Assembly (NCBI GenBank): GCA_951406725.2
Contig: OX597819.1
Coordinates: 20,026,001 to 20,090,000 of the forward strand
DNA: 64,000 nucleotides
Reading direction: 5' to 3'
Source of the DNA: Octopus vulgaris
Taxonomy: Eukaryota
How positions within the stretch are numbered: position 1 is the stretch's first letter; each line of letters opens with the position of its first letter. A model generated the notes under the pieces. It was not told the DNA's origin and ran no database searches. It worked only from the letters and a program-made list of their open reading frames with translations. Below are positions 1 through 15,169 of this stretch, piece by piece. Position numbers and translations under genes: made by a program.

Positions 1-66
1 GGGTTTGAACAGGGAATCATGTGATTGGTAAGCATCCTGTTTGCAAAAAGAGCCATTCATGCGTCT
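1..66 (-). mobile_element. Degenerate tRNA-like head of SINE family B (cut by window edge)
   Basis: Resembles the head of the copy at 18590-18656 (gaacccggaa...ttggtaa...cactcctgc). Confidence 0.4.
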
Positions 67-72
<6 letters not shown>

Positions 73-114
<42 letters not shown>

Positions 115-151
115 GTATGCATGTGTGTATGTATGTATATATATATATATG

Positions 152-183
<32 letters not shown>

Positions 184-226
184 TGTATGTATATATATAT
201 GTATGTATATATATATATATATATAT
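73..226. repeat. (TA)n/(TATG)n microsatellite
   Basis: Direct inspection. Confidence 0.95.
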
Positions 227-2900
227 GTTAGTTAGTTAGTTAGTTAGTTAGTTAATTTGGCTCAAATGCAAGGCCATGTAGGGGGACATGGAGTTAAGTA
301 CAGGGTGGTGTTCATGTAAAGAGTTCAGGCCACTTGAAGTCCAGGGAGGCTTTGAACAAAGCGGTCGTCGGCATCTTCACCATCTCGTCTGGCAGCTTGT
401 TCCACGGATCCGCAACCCGGACGGAGAAAGCTCCTCTCCTTCGATTGAGATGAAATCGTCGCAGGTAGAGCTTTTCGGAATGACCCCGCAGCCGACGCTC
501 TGGAGCAGGAGTGAAGAACAGCTCTTTCGAGAGGTTACACTTTCCGCTTATGATGTTGTGGGCGAGAATGAGATCACTACGGCGGCGGCGTTTTTCAAGA
601 GAATAAAGGTCGAGCGTCCTCAGCCTTTCTTCGTAGGACAAATTTTTGAGAACATGAACCATGCGGGTAGCCAGCTTCTGGACTCTTTCGAGATGCTGTA
701 TGTCTTTGAGGAGATAAGGAGAAGAGGCTTGAATTCCATACTCCAATATGGGTCTCACCAGCGTGACATAGAGTGGTAGGAATATGGCTGCTGTGAGCAT
801 TCCGAATGACCGTCGAATCAAGAACAGAACTCCACGTGCTTTGTTGGCAGCATGGACGCACTGGGCCGAAGGCGAAAAGGAGGAATCCACCAAGATACCT
901 AGGTCCTTTACATGATCGGTCCTCTCCAGCAGCAGACGACCCGGCTCGAAATCAAGTTGAGTTGCAGGAGTACAGCCGACAGGCAGATGACAGCACTTTG
1001 ACACGTTCAGACACAGGTCCCAATCGTTAGACCACTTCCAAATTTGGTGGAGGCATCGACGAAGATCCTATATATTACCGCGAGGAGCGACCAGTTTGAT
1101 ATCGTCGGCAAATAGAAGGGTGGGTTGCGTGAGGTCGTCGGGCAAGTCATTTATGAAGACTAAGAACAACAAGGGCCCAAGCACTGAACCTTGTGGCACG
1201 CCACTGCTCGAACTGGAGACGTCGGACCGCGAACCATTAACTTGGACTTGGAAGGAGCGATCTGAGAGGAAGGCACCAACCCATCGTACAATATCCGGAT
1301 GGAAACTATATGCTTGAAGCTTGACAAGTAATAGGCGGTGGTTTACCGAGTCAAAAGCTTTGGCAAAGTCCAGTAAAACGATGTCAACAGCATCACTATC
1401 ATCGAGGATGCGCGTCACCAATTCTTCCATTACTAGTAAGTTGGTCAAGCATGATCTCTTCGGTACGAAGCCGTGTTGGGAATCAGAGATAGAGGCTGTG
1501 TTTAGGAGGTGGAGCATCATACTTTTCTTAAGGATGGTTTCGAACATCTTGCTGATTATTGATGTAAGGGAAACCGGTCGGTAGTTAAGCGGGTCTTCGC
1601 GGCTCCCTTTCTTGAAAATTGGGCAGATTATCGCCGTTCTCCAGTCTGCAGGTATAACACCCGTCGCCAATGACATATTGAATAGTCGCGTTAAGGGCTC
1701 GCAGATGACCGGAGCCAACGCTTTGATAACCCGTTGGTGTATGCCGTAAGGGCCGTGACCCTTGTTGACATCGAGGCCTTGAATAACACGCTTGACTTCG
1801 TCCCGCGTGATGACCAATCGAAGCATTGGAGGTACCGATCTATCAAATGGAGGGGTTTCACGACCATCATCTTGTTTGAAAATAGTTGAAAAAGCCTCGG
1901 CAAATAATTGACTCTGTTGATAACGGTCCTCAATCGATACGCCTATTGAGTCTACCAACGTTGCAATCTGGTTGTTGAAGCGGGAATTCCGCTGGACATG
2001 GGAAAAGAAGGTTTTTGGATTGCTACTGGCATTTGCCGCGATTTTGTATTCATAACTGAAGCGTTCTTTCTTTTCGATTTTCACGGCTCGGTCTCGTTGT
2101 GTTTTGTACACCTCAAAAGCTGCAGTCGAATCCAGATTTTTGAATTCAGCCCAAGCAATATCTCTGAGTCGACGTTCTCGTTTAACCCTCTTCGTCACCC
2201 AGGGCTTGTGTTTCTTCCTCTTGGGAAGCCCAACGGGAACTGCCTGGTCAGTCAAACAGATTACATATGCTTTGAGGGATGACCATAGTTCATCAGCTGA
2301 GGACAACGTCATCAGGGATCGCCAGTCCAGAAGCGCGGAAGCCTCGGTTAGAATTTCAAGATTAATTGCAGAGAAGACTCTACGTGTTAGCGAAGTAGTC
2401 GTGGGCGCAGAAAAAGTTGTGTGCATGACGAACTTCAGGACCGCATGATCACTCTTGGCAAGATGGGCGCACACAGATACGTCTGACACTGATCTTGGAT
2501 AGCGGGAGAATACCAGATCTAGCATAGATGGCTGCTGCCCAGACCGATGCCTTGTCGGATATTCAACATGTTGCGGTAGAAAACAATCTTCAGCCACGTC
2601 AAGAAGGGCCTGGCCGAACCGGGAAGATGTTGTACAAATTGATGCGGGCCAATCGATCGTGGGAGCGTTGAAGTCTCCTAGTACCAAACAGTCATGCGAA
2701 GCTGAAACGAATCTTATCGCTTCGAGTAAATGAGCATCGTCCTGGGGATCGGCAAGAGGCGGCCTGTAGATAGCCAACACGGGCAGGCAAAACTCAGATA
2801 GGCTCAGCTTACAATAGACGGCATCGAATTTTGTTGTAGGCTGAGCATTAGTGGGTAGAATACCGCTGGACGGTTTGTGCTCAGACTTAACATACACAGC

Positions 2901-2903
<3 letters not shown>
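227..2903 (-). mobile_element. CR1-clade LINE, 5'-truncated, with (TAAC)n tail
   Basis: APE endonuclease motifs (AIYRPP, LGDFN, LDLVF, SDH), RT motifs (NYRPVSLTS, QHGF, LDFAKAFDSV, GVPQGSVLGPLLF, LFADD), CR1 C-terminus (VRPILEY, LERVQK, LRGHS), short 3' UTR and (GTTA)n at 227-254 on the + strand. Confidence 0.95.
312..2903 (-). pseudogene. CR1 ORF2 (endonuclease + reverse transcriptase) with one in-frame TAG at 1068-1070
   Basis: ORFs 1068..3017 and 312..1004 share a frame; the gap reads DLRRCLHQIWKWSNDWDLCLNVSKC, normal RT sequence. Confidence 0.9.
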
Positions 2904-2965
<62 letters not shown>

Positions 2966-2980
2966 TATGTATGTATATAT
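2904..2980. repeat. (TA)n microsatellite at the CR1 5' truncation point
   Basis: Direct inspection. Confidence 0.9.
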
Positions 2981-3254
2981 AGCAATAAGTAAAAAGCATG
3001 CAAATGTACCGATGCAATTCGGCAATTTGAGGCGGTTACGTTTAATCGAACACTGCAAGCATTACATCAATTTCAAATACAGGGCCATATTCGGTTGCAA
3101 AATAAACATTTTTAACAAATATATGTGACAACTTTTCGGTAATTGTCACACACACACATACACATATATATATATATGTATATATATGTATATATATATA
3201 TACGCACACATACACACACACAGCCATATACACAAACTTAGGGATACGCCGACG

Positions 3255-3405
3255 CGAGGCACTGTGAAACAAGCATGTTCGTTTGCCTACGATGCCTGCG
3301 GAGGTTTCTGATTTAGTTCCAAGCCACGACATTTTGCCCAAATGTCTTCTAGTCTTGATTCGAACCGATCAATGCCTTGTGAGTGAATTTGATTGACGGA
3401 AACTC
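3255..3405 (+). mobile_element. Highly degenerate SINE family B fragment
   Basis: aaatgtcttcta...ccgatcaatgccttgtgagtgaatttgattgacggaaact matches the reverse complement of 18505-18590. Confidence 0.5.
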
Positions 3406-4284
3406 TGTTTAAATTCCATTGCTTCTAAATGTTGGTTTGCTTGAGTGTGGGTGTGTCTTTTTACCTAAGTTTGAATGCGTGTTCTTGCGTTCGTGTTTCT
3501 TCCTGTCACACATCGGCCAACTATGATTAGGTTCGTTCGTTCGTTCGCATAACTTTCTGTAAGTTATCACACAAACTTAACATATCCGTGCTTCCATACA
3601 ATCATACGAGTATCATATTTGAAATCTATCCTTGCCATCATCATTCGTGTTCGTGGTCGATTCCTCTGTCATTCACATTCTTTACTTATCGACTGATATG
3701 TCTTTCACTTCATTTTTCGTCCTTATCCCCCCCCCCCCTAATGCGCCCCTTCATTTCTCATTCCTAATTTCCTCGCATTACAGCATTCTGTCTTATTTTC
3801 ACTCTTCCAATCAATTATATTCTTCATTCTCTTCCTTCTTCACTTCATCATTTCTAAACAATAATCGGATTTGCAAATCTTTGTGTTTGCGATCCATTAA
3901 GAAAGCTTTACACAGACATATTTTCCGTTGTTATTTTTCACAGAATTTATATATATTTTGCGAGTCAATTCATTTTTTAAATATTTTTATTCATTTAACA
4001 TTTGTTCATATTAACCAATATAGTTTTTTTTTTCTTAAATTAAATATCATTTCTTCACTTTCCTTGTTTTTTTTGTTTTTTTCCTTGTGCTTTTGTTCTT
4101 GTTTACAATTTCTTCGCGTCATATATTCAAAAATCTGTTTTTATTTCTTTATCAGAAAGTCCGTCTTGACGCTAGTTAATATTTACAATTAAGATTACGT
4201 TTAATGTATATATATATATGTGTGTGCGTGTGCAGTGTGTGTTTATGTGTGTGTATGTGTAAATAATATATATATTTATGTATG

Positions 4285-4323
<39 letters not shown>

Positions 4324-4594
4324 ATATATATATGTGTGTATATATACATATGTGTATGTATGCATACTATGTGTTTTTGTATGCATGTATATATGTATGT
4401 CTGTGTATGTGAATGGTTGCATATATGTATATTCTTTTATTTTGTTCTCTTAATTCAATTTGCTTTTAATTAGATTGGCAATTGTCAATATATTTAGATT
4501 TACGACAAACAACAAGCGAATCAGTCATTCTTTGCACAGCAACAAGCATATGCAAGTGACAACAAAACGACATAAATCGATAACATCAAGATTG

Positions 4595-4613
4595 TATATG
4601 TGTATATGTATAC

Positions 4614-4702
<89 letters not shown>

Positions 4703-4717
4703 TATAGATATATAATC

Positions 4718-4751
<34 letters not shown>

Positions 4752-4765
4752 AATGTATGAATGTA
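4595..4765. repeat. (TA)n/(TATG)n microsatellite
   Basis: Direct inspection. Confidence 0.95.
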
Positions 4766-5207
4766 TATGGTTGCATTTAAACGTACATATACGGACATAT
4801 ATATGAATGTGAATAGATGCGAATGTATGTCTTTGTGTGAACGCAGGTATTTATATGTTCGTATGTAATTATACTAAGCACAATGATAACGTTTTTGAAA
4901 ACGGTTTCATTAAAATTTAATTACAAATCAATAATTTCTGCATTACTTCTGTAGGAGCAAACTATCGAGCTGACAGCTAAAATTGTATAACATGTCCGTG
5001 GTGTATGAATTTAAATCCATTGGGACGATGTTCGCCTTGTCTCTGTACGAGAAAGATTTCTTTTGCATCGTAGTCTGCCGTTCGATATATTCAAGGGAAT
5101 AACTGAAAAGATATTCCCCCAACGGTGACTGGTGCAAACTGAAATGATATCTAAAGAAGAAACAGTTTGATGTTGTTGCTATTGTTTTAGTCTCAAGTTT
5201 TGTCTTC

Positions 5208-5620
5208 GGCGAGCTGGCAGAACAGTTAGCACGCCGGGCGAAATGCGTAGCCGTATTTCATCTGCCGTTACGTTCTGAGTTCAAATTCCGCCGAGGTCGA
5301 CTTTGCCTTTTATCCGTTCAGGGTCGATTAAATAAGTACCAGTTACGCACTGGGGTCGGTGTAATCGACTTAATCCCTTTGTCTGTCCTTGTTTGTCCCC
5401 TCTGTATTTAGCCCCTAGTTGGTGGTAAAGAAATAGGTATTTCGTCTGCCACTACGATGTGAGTTCAAATTCCGCCGAGGTCGACTTTGCCTTTCATCCT
5501 TTCGGGGTCGATAAATTAAGTACCAGTTACGCACTGGGGTCGATGTAATTGGCTTAATCCGTTTATCTGTCCTTGTTTGTCCCCTCTGTATTTAGCCCCT
5601 TGTGGGTAGTAAAGAAATAG
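5208..5620 (+). mobile_element. tRNA-derived SINE family A, dimeric (head + 2 x 184-bp body)
   Basis: A-box-like TGGCAGAA, B box GAGTTCAAATTC, Nin/Deu-like central motif (gcctttcatcctttcggggtcgataaattaagtacc); 13-bp TSD gttttgtcttcgg at 5197-5209 and 5621-5633. Confidence 0.9.
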
Positions 5621-6039
5621 GTTTTGTCTTCGGGAGAATAATGGATCAAAGGCGTTCGTATTACTTTTATTTTGATTATAGTTTATCAATAACTAAATAC
5701 TCTGCTCTTCCTTTCGAATTGAATGATACTTTGGTTTTGTTCGGTGGGAGGGTTCTTTGCAGGTTTTTTACTCCATGTCCAGTGACGATGTCCACGTATA
5801 CCTTTTTTCTAAAGAAGGAAACTAGTTACTGCATTCAGTCAATTCTTTGGATAATTTGTGATGGTTCACCTGAACAGAAATGAATAATGAGTTGCTTTGA
5901 AAGCAATATTCCAGGAAGCGTGACTCGGAAAGCGTAAACATCTGTTTGAAAAAATCCTGCCTTCAATTCCAACAGAGGTCATTTTGAATTTAATATAGGT
6001 TGAGCTATAATGAACATAAAATATATGCCAACATATGAA

Positions 6040-6311
6040 TTTCTTCTTCTTCTTCTTCTTCTTCTTCTTCTTCTTCTTCTTCTTCTTCTTCTTCTTCTTC
6101 TTTATCTTCTTCCACTTCTTCTTCTCCTTCTTCTTCTTCTTCTTCTTCTTCTTCTTCTTCTTTATCTTCTTCCACTTCTTCTTCTCCTTCTTCTTCTTCT
6201 TCTTCTTCTTCTTCTTCTTCTTCTTCTTCTTCTTTATCTTCTTCCACTTCTTCCTCTCCTTCTTCTTTTTCTTCTTCATCTTCTTCTTCTTCTTCTCCTT
6301 CTTTTTCTTCA

Positions 6312-6343
<32 letters not shown>

Positions 6344-6457
6344 TCCTTCTTCTTCTTCTTCGTCTTCTTCTTTATCTTCTTTATCTTCTTCATCTTCTTC
6401 TTCTTTTTCTTTTTCTTCATCTTCTTCTTCTCTTCTTTTTCTTCATCTTCTTTTTCT

Positions 6458-6488
<31 letters not shown>

Positions 6489-6667
6489 TTTCTTTTTCTT
6501 CTTCTCCTCCTTCTTCTTCTTCTTCTTGTTTATCTTCTTTATCTTCTTCTTCCTCTTCCTCTTCTTCTTTTTCTTTTTCTTCATCTTCTTCTTCTTCTTC
6601 TTCTTCTTCTTCTTCTTCTTCTTCTTCTTCTTCTCCTCCTCCTCTTTCTTCTTCTTCTTCTTCTTCT

Positions 6668-6714
<47 letters not shown>

Positions 6715-6736
6715 TTCCACTTCTTCTTCTTCTTCC

Positions 6737-6767
<31 letters not shown>

Positions 6768-6815
6768 CTTCTTCTTCTTCTTCTTCTTCTTCTTCTTCTT
6801 CTTCTTCTTCTTCTA
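6040..6815. repeat. ~775-bp (TTC)n polypyrimidine tract
   Basis: Direct inspection; the source of spurious poly-E/K/L/F/S ORFs. Confidence 0.97.
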
Positions 6816-7631
6816 TCTCATAACCTACTCTGTTCTAAAACAACAGAATTTTTAACTTAGCTTCCCTCCTCCTCGATCCCAATATATTAAAGTTATAATT
6901 AACTACTTTAAACGATGTTACCAGCACGTTATTTCTACTCAAATCTACCAACATTGTGTGACCATGATCCTGCTCAAAATAACTGAAAATCGAGCAGTAA
7001 AATGTTTCTAGATTTTTTTCTCGCGTGTTGAGTGACAAAGTATAGATTATTCTATGTTGTGTGCGCCCTTTAACTTGTGAGAGACCCCATGATGCTTTAG
7101 CTGGACCAGCAGTATTAACGTTTGCCTTTAAGGAGTCCATCAACAGCTATAATGTGCACTGTATATGCATCACTATTATGTTCATTGTTTTCCCAGTTAT
7201 TCCTGATAGCTTTTAAACTATTGCCAGCCGTAGTCATGATTGCTGCTCACCACAGGCGTAACAGGCATTGCTCAAGGAAAGGCACCTGTCTCGTCGACTG
7301 TGCAGAACAGTTACAGTATATCCATAACATAAAGGAACATAAAAGAATTCCCCTTTGAAAAAAATGGAGGAGGTTATATTTTCTATAAACAGAAAAAAAA
7401 CAAATCAAATCCATTGAAGGATGTAGAGTTTGAGAATATGTTGAGACAGAGTATAACAACTATAGACTTATGAGGTTTCACTGAGAAGTTCAAGGTGTGG
7501 CGTTATAAAAATGGTCTTCTACCGAAATATTTACGACCTATACAATTGTTTTAATAATCCATACAGTAGAGGAAATGTGTTTGGGTCAATGTAGAACTTC
7601 ATATATTTTGGCTTGGATAGGGCCACCACAG

Positions 7632-7744
7632 AAATTTCTGCTGCCTGCATCTTCATTGCGAGGAGAGAAAACTTTACTGGTACAAATTTCAGCTGCCTGC
7701 ATCTTCATTGCGAGGAGAGAAAACTTTACTGGTACAAATTTCAG
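7632..7744. repeat. 52-bp exact tandem duplication
   Basis: gctgcctgcatc...ggtacaaatttca at 7640 and 7692. Confidence 0.95.
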
Positions 7745-7844
7745 TAGAACTGAAAGAATGCAACACTAGGGCCAGTTTATTCATTGAACTCAAATCTTTA
7801 GAATCGCGAACCAAGCACACTTATGATGTTATATATAGAGAAAT

Positions 7845-10870
<3,026 letters not shown>

Positions 10871-12259
10871 CTAGCTACATATATACATATATATAGCTAC
10901 ATAAAGATTTATATATATATACATACACATATACGCATATATAGATGTGTGTTTGTGTGTGTATAATGTTTATAACTGTTTCTTTATAAATATACTTTTT
11001 TCTTTCTTTTTGTTATACATTAGGCAGAGATTTAGCACAGAGTTTCTCATTGAGGTGATTAGGTCAATACTGTTGAAGTTCTGCTAAATTTTTTTCTATT
11101 TTTTCCTTCGTCGTTTCTTTCTTTTTCTTCTTGTCGTTTTGTTCATGATCCATTTTTAAATCTAAAGAATTCTTTACTCCACTGCCTAACCTCTTTGACT
11201 TTGAGCCGAATCTTCGTTTTCACCTGCATTCCCATACCGTTTCTATAGCAGCTATAAATATATTCCGTTGTTTTGGCCCAAATTCTATTTCGTCTATTCT
11301 ATTCACGCCATTTGTTTCGGTTTCTTCTTGTTTCTTTTCGTTGCGGCTTTTTCTTTTCTTTTCTTTTTTTTTTCAGATTTATTTCTATTCTATTTTTCTC
11401 GTCTTCTTCGTGTCGCCTAATTGCTTCCTGAGTGAAGTAGAGAGTTTTCTGTCTGGAATGCAAAATATCCTTTGCTATTTCCGCTCTTTCTACCTATTTC
11501 TGTATTCTGGTATTTTATGTTTGCCTCTCACATGATGAAATCTGGTAAATAGTTATCTAGGCTCTACTTCACATTCAACTGCCTCTTCTTCTTTGTTTAT
11601 CTTTTTTTCTGACTGCTTTACTCCTCCCCTAATATCGTCAGTAACATCACAACAACAACAACAACAACGACAGCAAATATAATTACACTCATCATATAGA
11701 ACAACATCAACGGAAACAAGAACGGCATCGCTACTAATGCGAACGTCAGTAACCGTTTTTCTGTGCACGAATCTACACAATCTGAGCTTTTGGCGAACTT
11801 CCATAGATTGAAATCTTTCAAAGGAATACAAATAACCTCATATGCTGTTTCTCTCACATAGCTGTTATGGCTCTTTATTAGATACTTGTACGAAGATACA
11901 AGCAAAAGAATGTATTCTCACAAAAACAAGGACGCATACAAACACTCATAAACATTCGTACAAAACCCAACACAAGCATGCATTCTCCAAGACTGGATCT
12001 TCTATACGGACAGTCAATGTGATAGAAATATCAGCTACCTTTAATCACTTCCTTCCTCCGTTCCTTACAAAAAGCCCATTTTTCAACGATATGATCCCGG
12101 ATGATTTCTGAGGAAAGGAAAAAAATGGAGCCAACATTGCTGAAACGACTATCAACGTAGATCATCTCATTCAGGGCAGCTCTAGGGTTAAACGGCATCA
12201 AAAATCAAAATGTGTACTAAGAAACGACTCATGACAAACAAGACCGCGATAAACACTCG

Positions 12260-12326
12260 CATAGATATTATACACAACAACATGTTATCCACACATAGAT
12301 ATTATACACAACAACATGTTATCCAC
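12260..12326. repeat. 34-bp tandem duplication
   Basis: catagatattatacacaacaacatgttatccac at 12260 and 12294. Confidence 0.95.
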
Positions 12327-13331
12327 GCATACACGGACGCACGCTTTCAGGCATTTCAAAATAACTTCTGTATTATAAGATAGGCTTTCATTCACCTGAA
12401 ATTCATTTTAATATTGAATATTCTTCTGCTTTGATTGAATCAATGGGAAATCCAAAAATAATTAAGGAAGCGCTTATTTTTGTTGTTGTTGTTTTTGTGT
12501 AGCCTCGGCTCACATCTGATCGTGCAGTCCTATTTTCAAAGAATTTCTAAACGTCGTCATCCGGTAATTTTCTATATCAGGAAACACATTGTCTAATGCA
12601 TTTTCCATTTCTTTTTTTAGATAATAGTGTGCAATTTGAAGGGAATCTTGTTATCGTTTCGAGAAAATTGAAACTTGAAAATTGAAGACTCACTCACCGG
12701 ATCTGACATTGCAATCAAATATCGCAGTCTTTTCCACATTGTCCATCTTGAATCTACTAATCGAAAAAAGATTTTAATGTAAGACTGTAAATTATGAATG
12801 GATCTACAAATAATATGACTGTGTAAGGAGGTTAAATATTTTATGATCAAAAGTTTTATATGTAACTAGAGAAAGCTTGGCTATAAAACGGTTTCTAGAT
12901 TCACAGCTGTTTTATAACTATGAGTAAACACATAGGTTGAGACAGGACTGTTACGTTTAGAAGATAGATTCACTCCTTCGCAGTTTTAGCTTCGGTAGAT
13001 TGCAAATATGATTTTTACCTGATCCCTGGCTCAACCAGAGGCTAGTACTTGAATTTTCTACGACAAAGTACTTGAGGAAGGAAGAAAGACTAAGAAAGAT
13101 TAAGTAACTAAAAGTAACAAAGAGTTACTAAATGACTAAAGGTATCTACATGATTGCATACGCCAATGCATTCACTTAACAAATACAACTATTCAACGTT
13201 CTCATTCTTGCTTTCAAGTTTTTTGCACAAGGCCAGCAATTGCGAGAAGAGTTTCTGTCGATTACATCGACTCCACTGTTCGACTGGTTCTTATTATATC
13301 GAAACAAACCCAGGTGAATATACATTCATTT

Positions 13332-13334
13332 CTG

Positions 13335-13408
<74 letters not shown>

Positions 13409-13465
13409 CATCTATCTATCTATCTATCAATCTATCTATCTATCTATCTATCTATCGATCGATCG

Positions 13466-13515
<50 letters not shown>

Positions 13516-13545
13516 ATATCTATATATCTATCTATCTATCTATCC
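13332..13545. repeat. (TCTA)n / GATA tetranucleotide microsatellite
   Basis: Direct inspection. Confidence 0.97.
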
Positions 13546-13617
13546 ATATGACAGTCGAATCTTTTCAGATGTACGTAAAAATAAACAAAATAGGTGTACA
13601 ATTCCTGCATGTTGAGT

Positions 13618-14064
13618 AAACGGCAGACGAAACACCTATTTCTTTACTACCCACAAGAGGCTAAACACAGAGAGGACAAACAAGGACAAACAAGGGCAGA
13701 CAAACGGATTAAGTCGATTATATTGACCCCCAGTGCGTAACTGGTAGTTATGTAATCGACCCCGAAAGGATGAAAGGCAAAGTCGACCTCGGCAGAATTT
13801 GAACTCAGAACAAAACGGCAGACAAAATATCTGTTTCTTTACTACCCACAAGAGGCTAAACACAGAGAGGGCAAACAAGGACAGACAAACGGATTAATTC
13901 GATTATATCGATCCAGTGCATAACTGGTATTTAATTTATCGACCCCGAAAGGATGAAAGGCAAAATCGACCTCGGCGGAATTTGAATTCAGAACGTTACG
14001 GCAGACGAAATACGGCTACGCATTTCGCCCGGCGTGCTAACGTTTCTGCCAGTACCACCGCCTT
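13618..14064 (-). mobile_element. SINE family A multimer (head + 2 bodies + start of a third)
   Basis: Reverse complement of the 5208 element; tail-to-internal junctions near 13635 and 13830; taaacggc on both sides. Confidence 0.9.
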
Positions 14065-15169
14065 AAACGGCTGCAAACCGTTAACTGAGATAATTTATGC
14101 ATATAGAAAATGGTATAAAACATGGTATAGACCTTAGTAGGGGGAGTAAGGTTGTGTATACTGGAGTTGTAAAATAAAAATTTAACAATATATTCATCTG
14201 GAATGTTAAATATAAGAAAACTCAAGTAGATATAATTGGCAAAAATGTGATATTGTGCTATTATGTCTATCCTTATTAAATCAATAGAAAATTAGTATGT
14301 AGAGTCTAATTTCAGTGTGTATAGGTATTAATATTTAATTAAGGCGGGGGACATTCAGGCAATCTATTACTTATTATAAATATCGAAAGGGTTAAAAAAC
14401 CAGTAAGAATATTAACTTAATGTCAGGGAGCATAAAAATTATAAATTAAAACATGAATAAAGTAAAATAAATAAATCAAAATAGATAGATTAAAAAGTGA
14501 AAATAGATAGAGAGAGAATAATAAATAAATGAATAAAGAATTATACATTATTACCTTTCACCACTTAAAAAAATTCTTATTGAGCTAGACTAATAACGAT
14601 AATGAACTATTGGACAAAATTTAATTTAAAGATTTTAGATATTTTATAGACATCTACATAGACTCATCTCTATCTGCATTTATATTTTAATCTGTTTGGA
14701 GATAAAAGCAATATCTCTCCTGTATAAATGTCCATATTTTGGTTTTAATTTTAATACTAGTATATAGTATTTATTAGTAATTTAATTTACTATTTTTCTT
14801 ATTCTTTATACATACATACATGCATGTTTAAATTTTAAATTGTTTATTAGCGTATTAACCCCTTTTTCTCTCACTTTACTCTCTTTAACCCTATATGATT
14901 CCTCCATTATATTATATTTATCATTTACCATGTCTATTCGTTTATTTATATAAGTATTTGTATTTTACCCTCTCTGATTCATATCGCTTGGCTTATTAAT
15001 TTAATAACTGTATATTATTATAAACTCCATATTTATTTGGTACTCTGTTTACAGTATATCTTGCACCTATTATTAATTAAAATCTACAGTTGTCTATTCA
15101 TAACTAAATTTTTTACAGCTAACCTTTACCTTATTTTCTGATTAATAGGCTTTACAATACAAACTATAA

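Noticed and set aside
288-779. 163-aa plus-strand ORF repeated at 63234
   Set aside because: Antisense shadow of CR1 ORF2; it recurs only because the CR1 3' end recurs.
5208-5290. tRNA genes
   Set aside because: A/B boxes are present, but each head runs into a SINE body and several copies have TSDs; no clean cloverleaf. The same holds for 52926 and 60404.
5253-5620. Hammerhead retrozyme as the explanation of the SINE-A tandem units
   Set aside because: No CUGANGA...GAAA core found on either strand of the unit.
5866-6855. Long poly-E/K, poly-L/F and poly-S ORFs
   Set aside because: Translations of the (TTC)n tract, not genes. The same applies to all YI/CV/HT-repeat ORFs and to 54169-55174.
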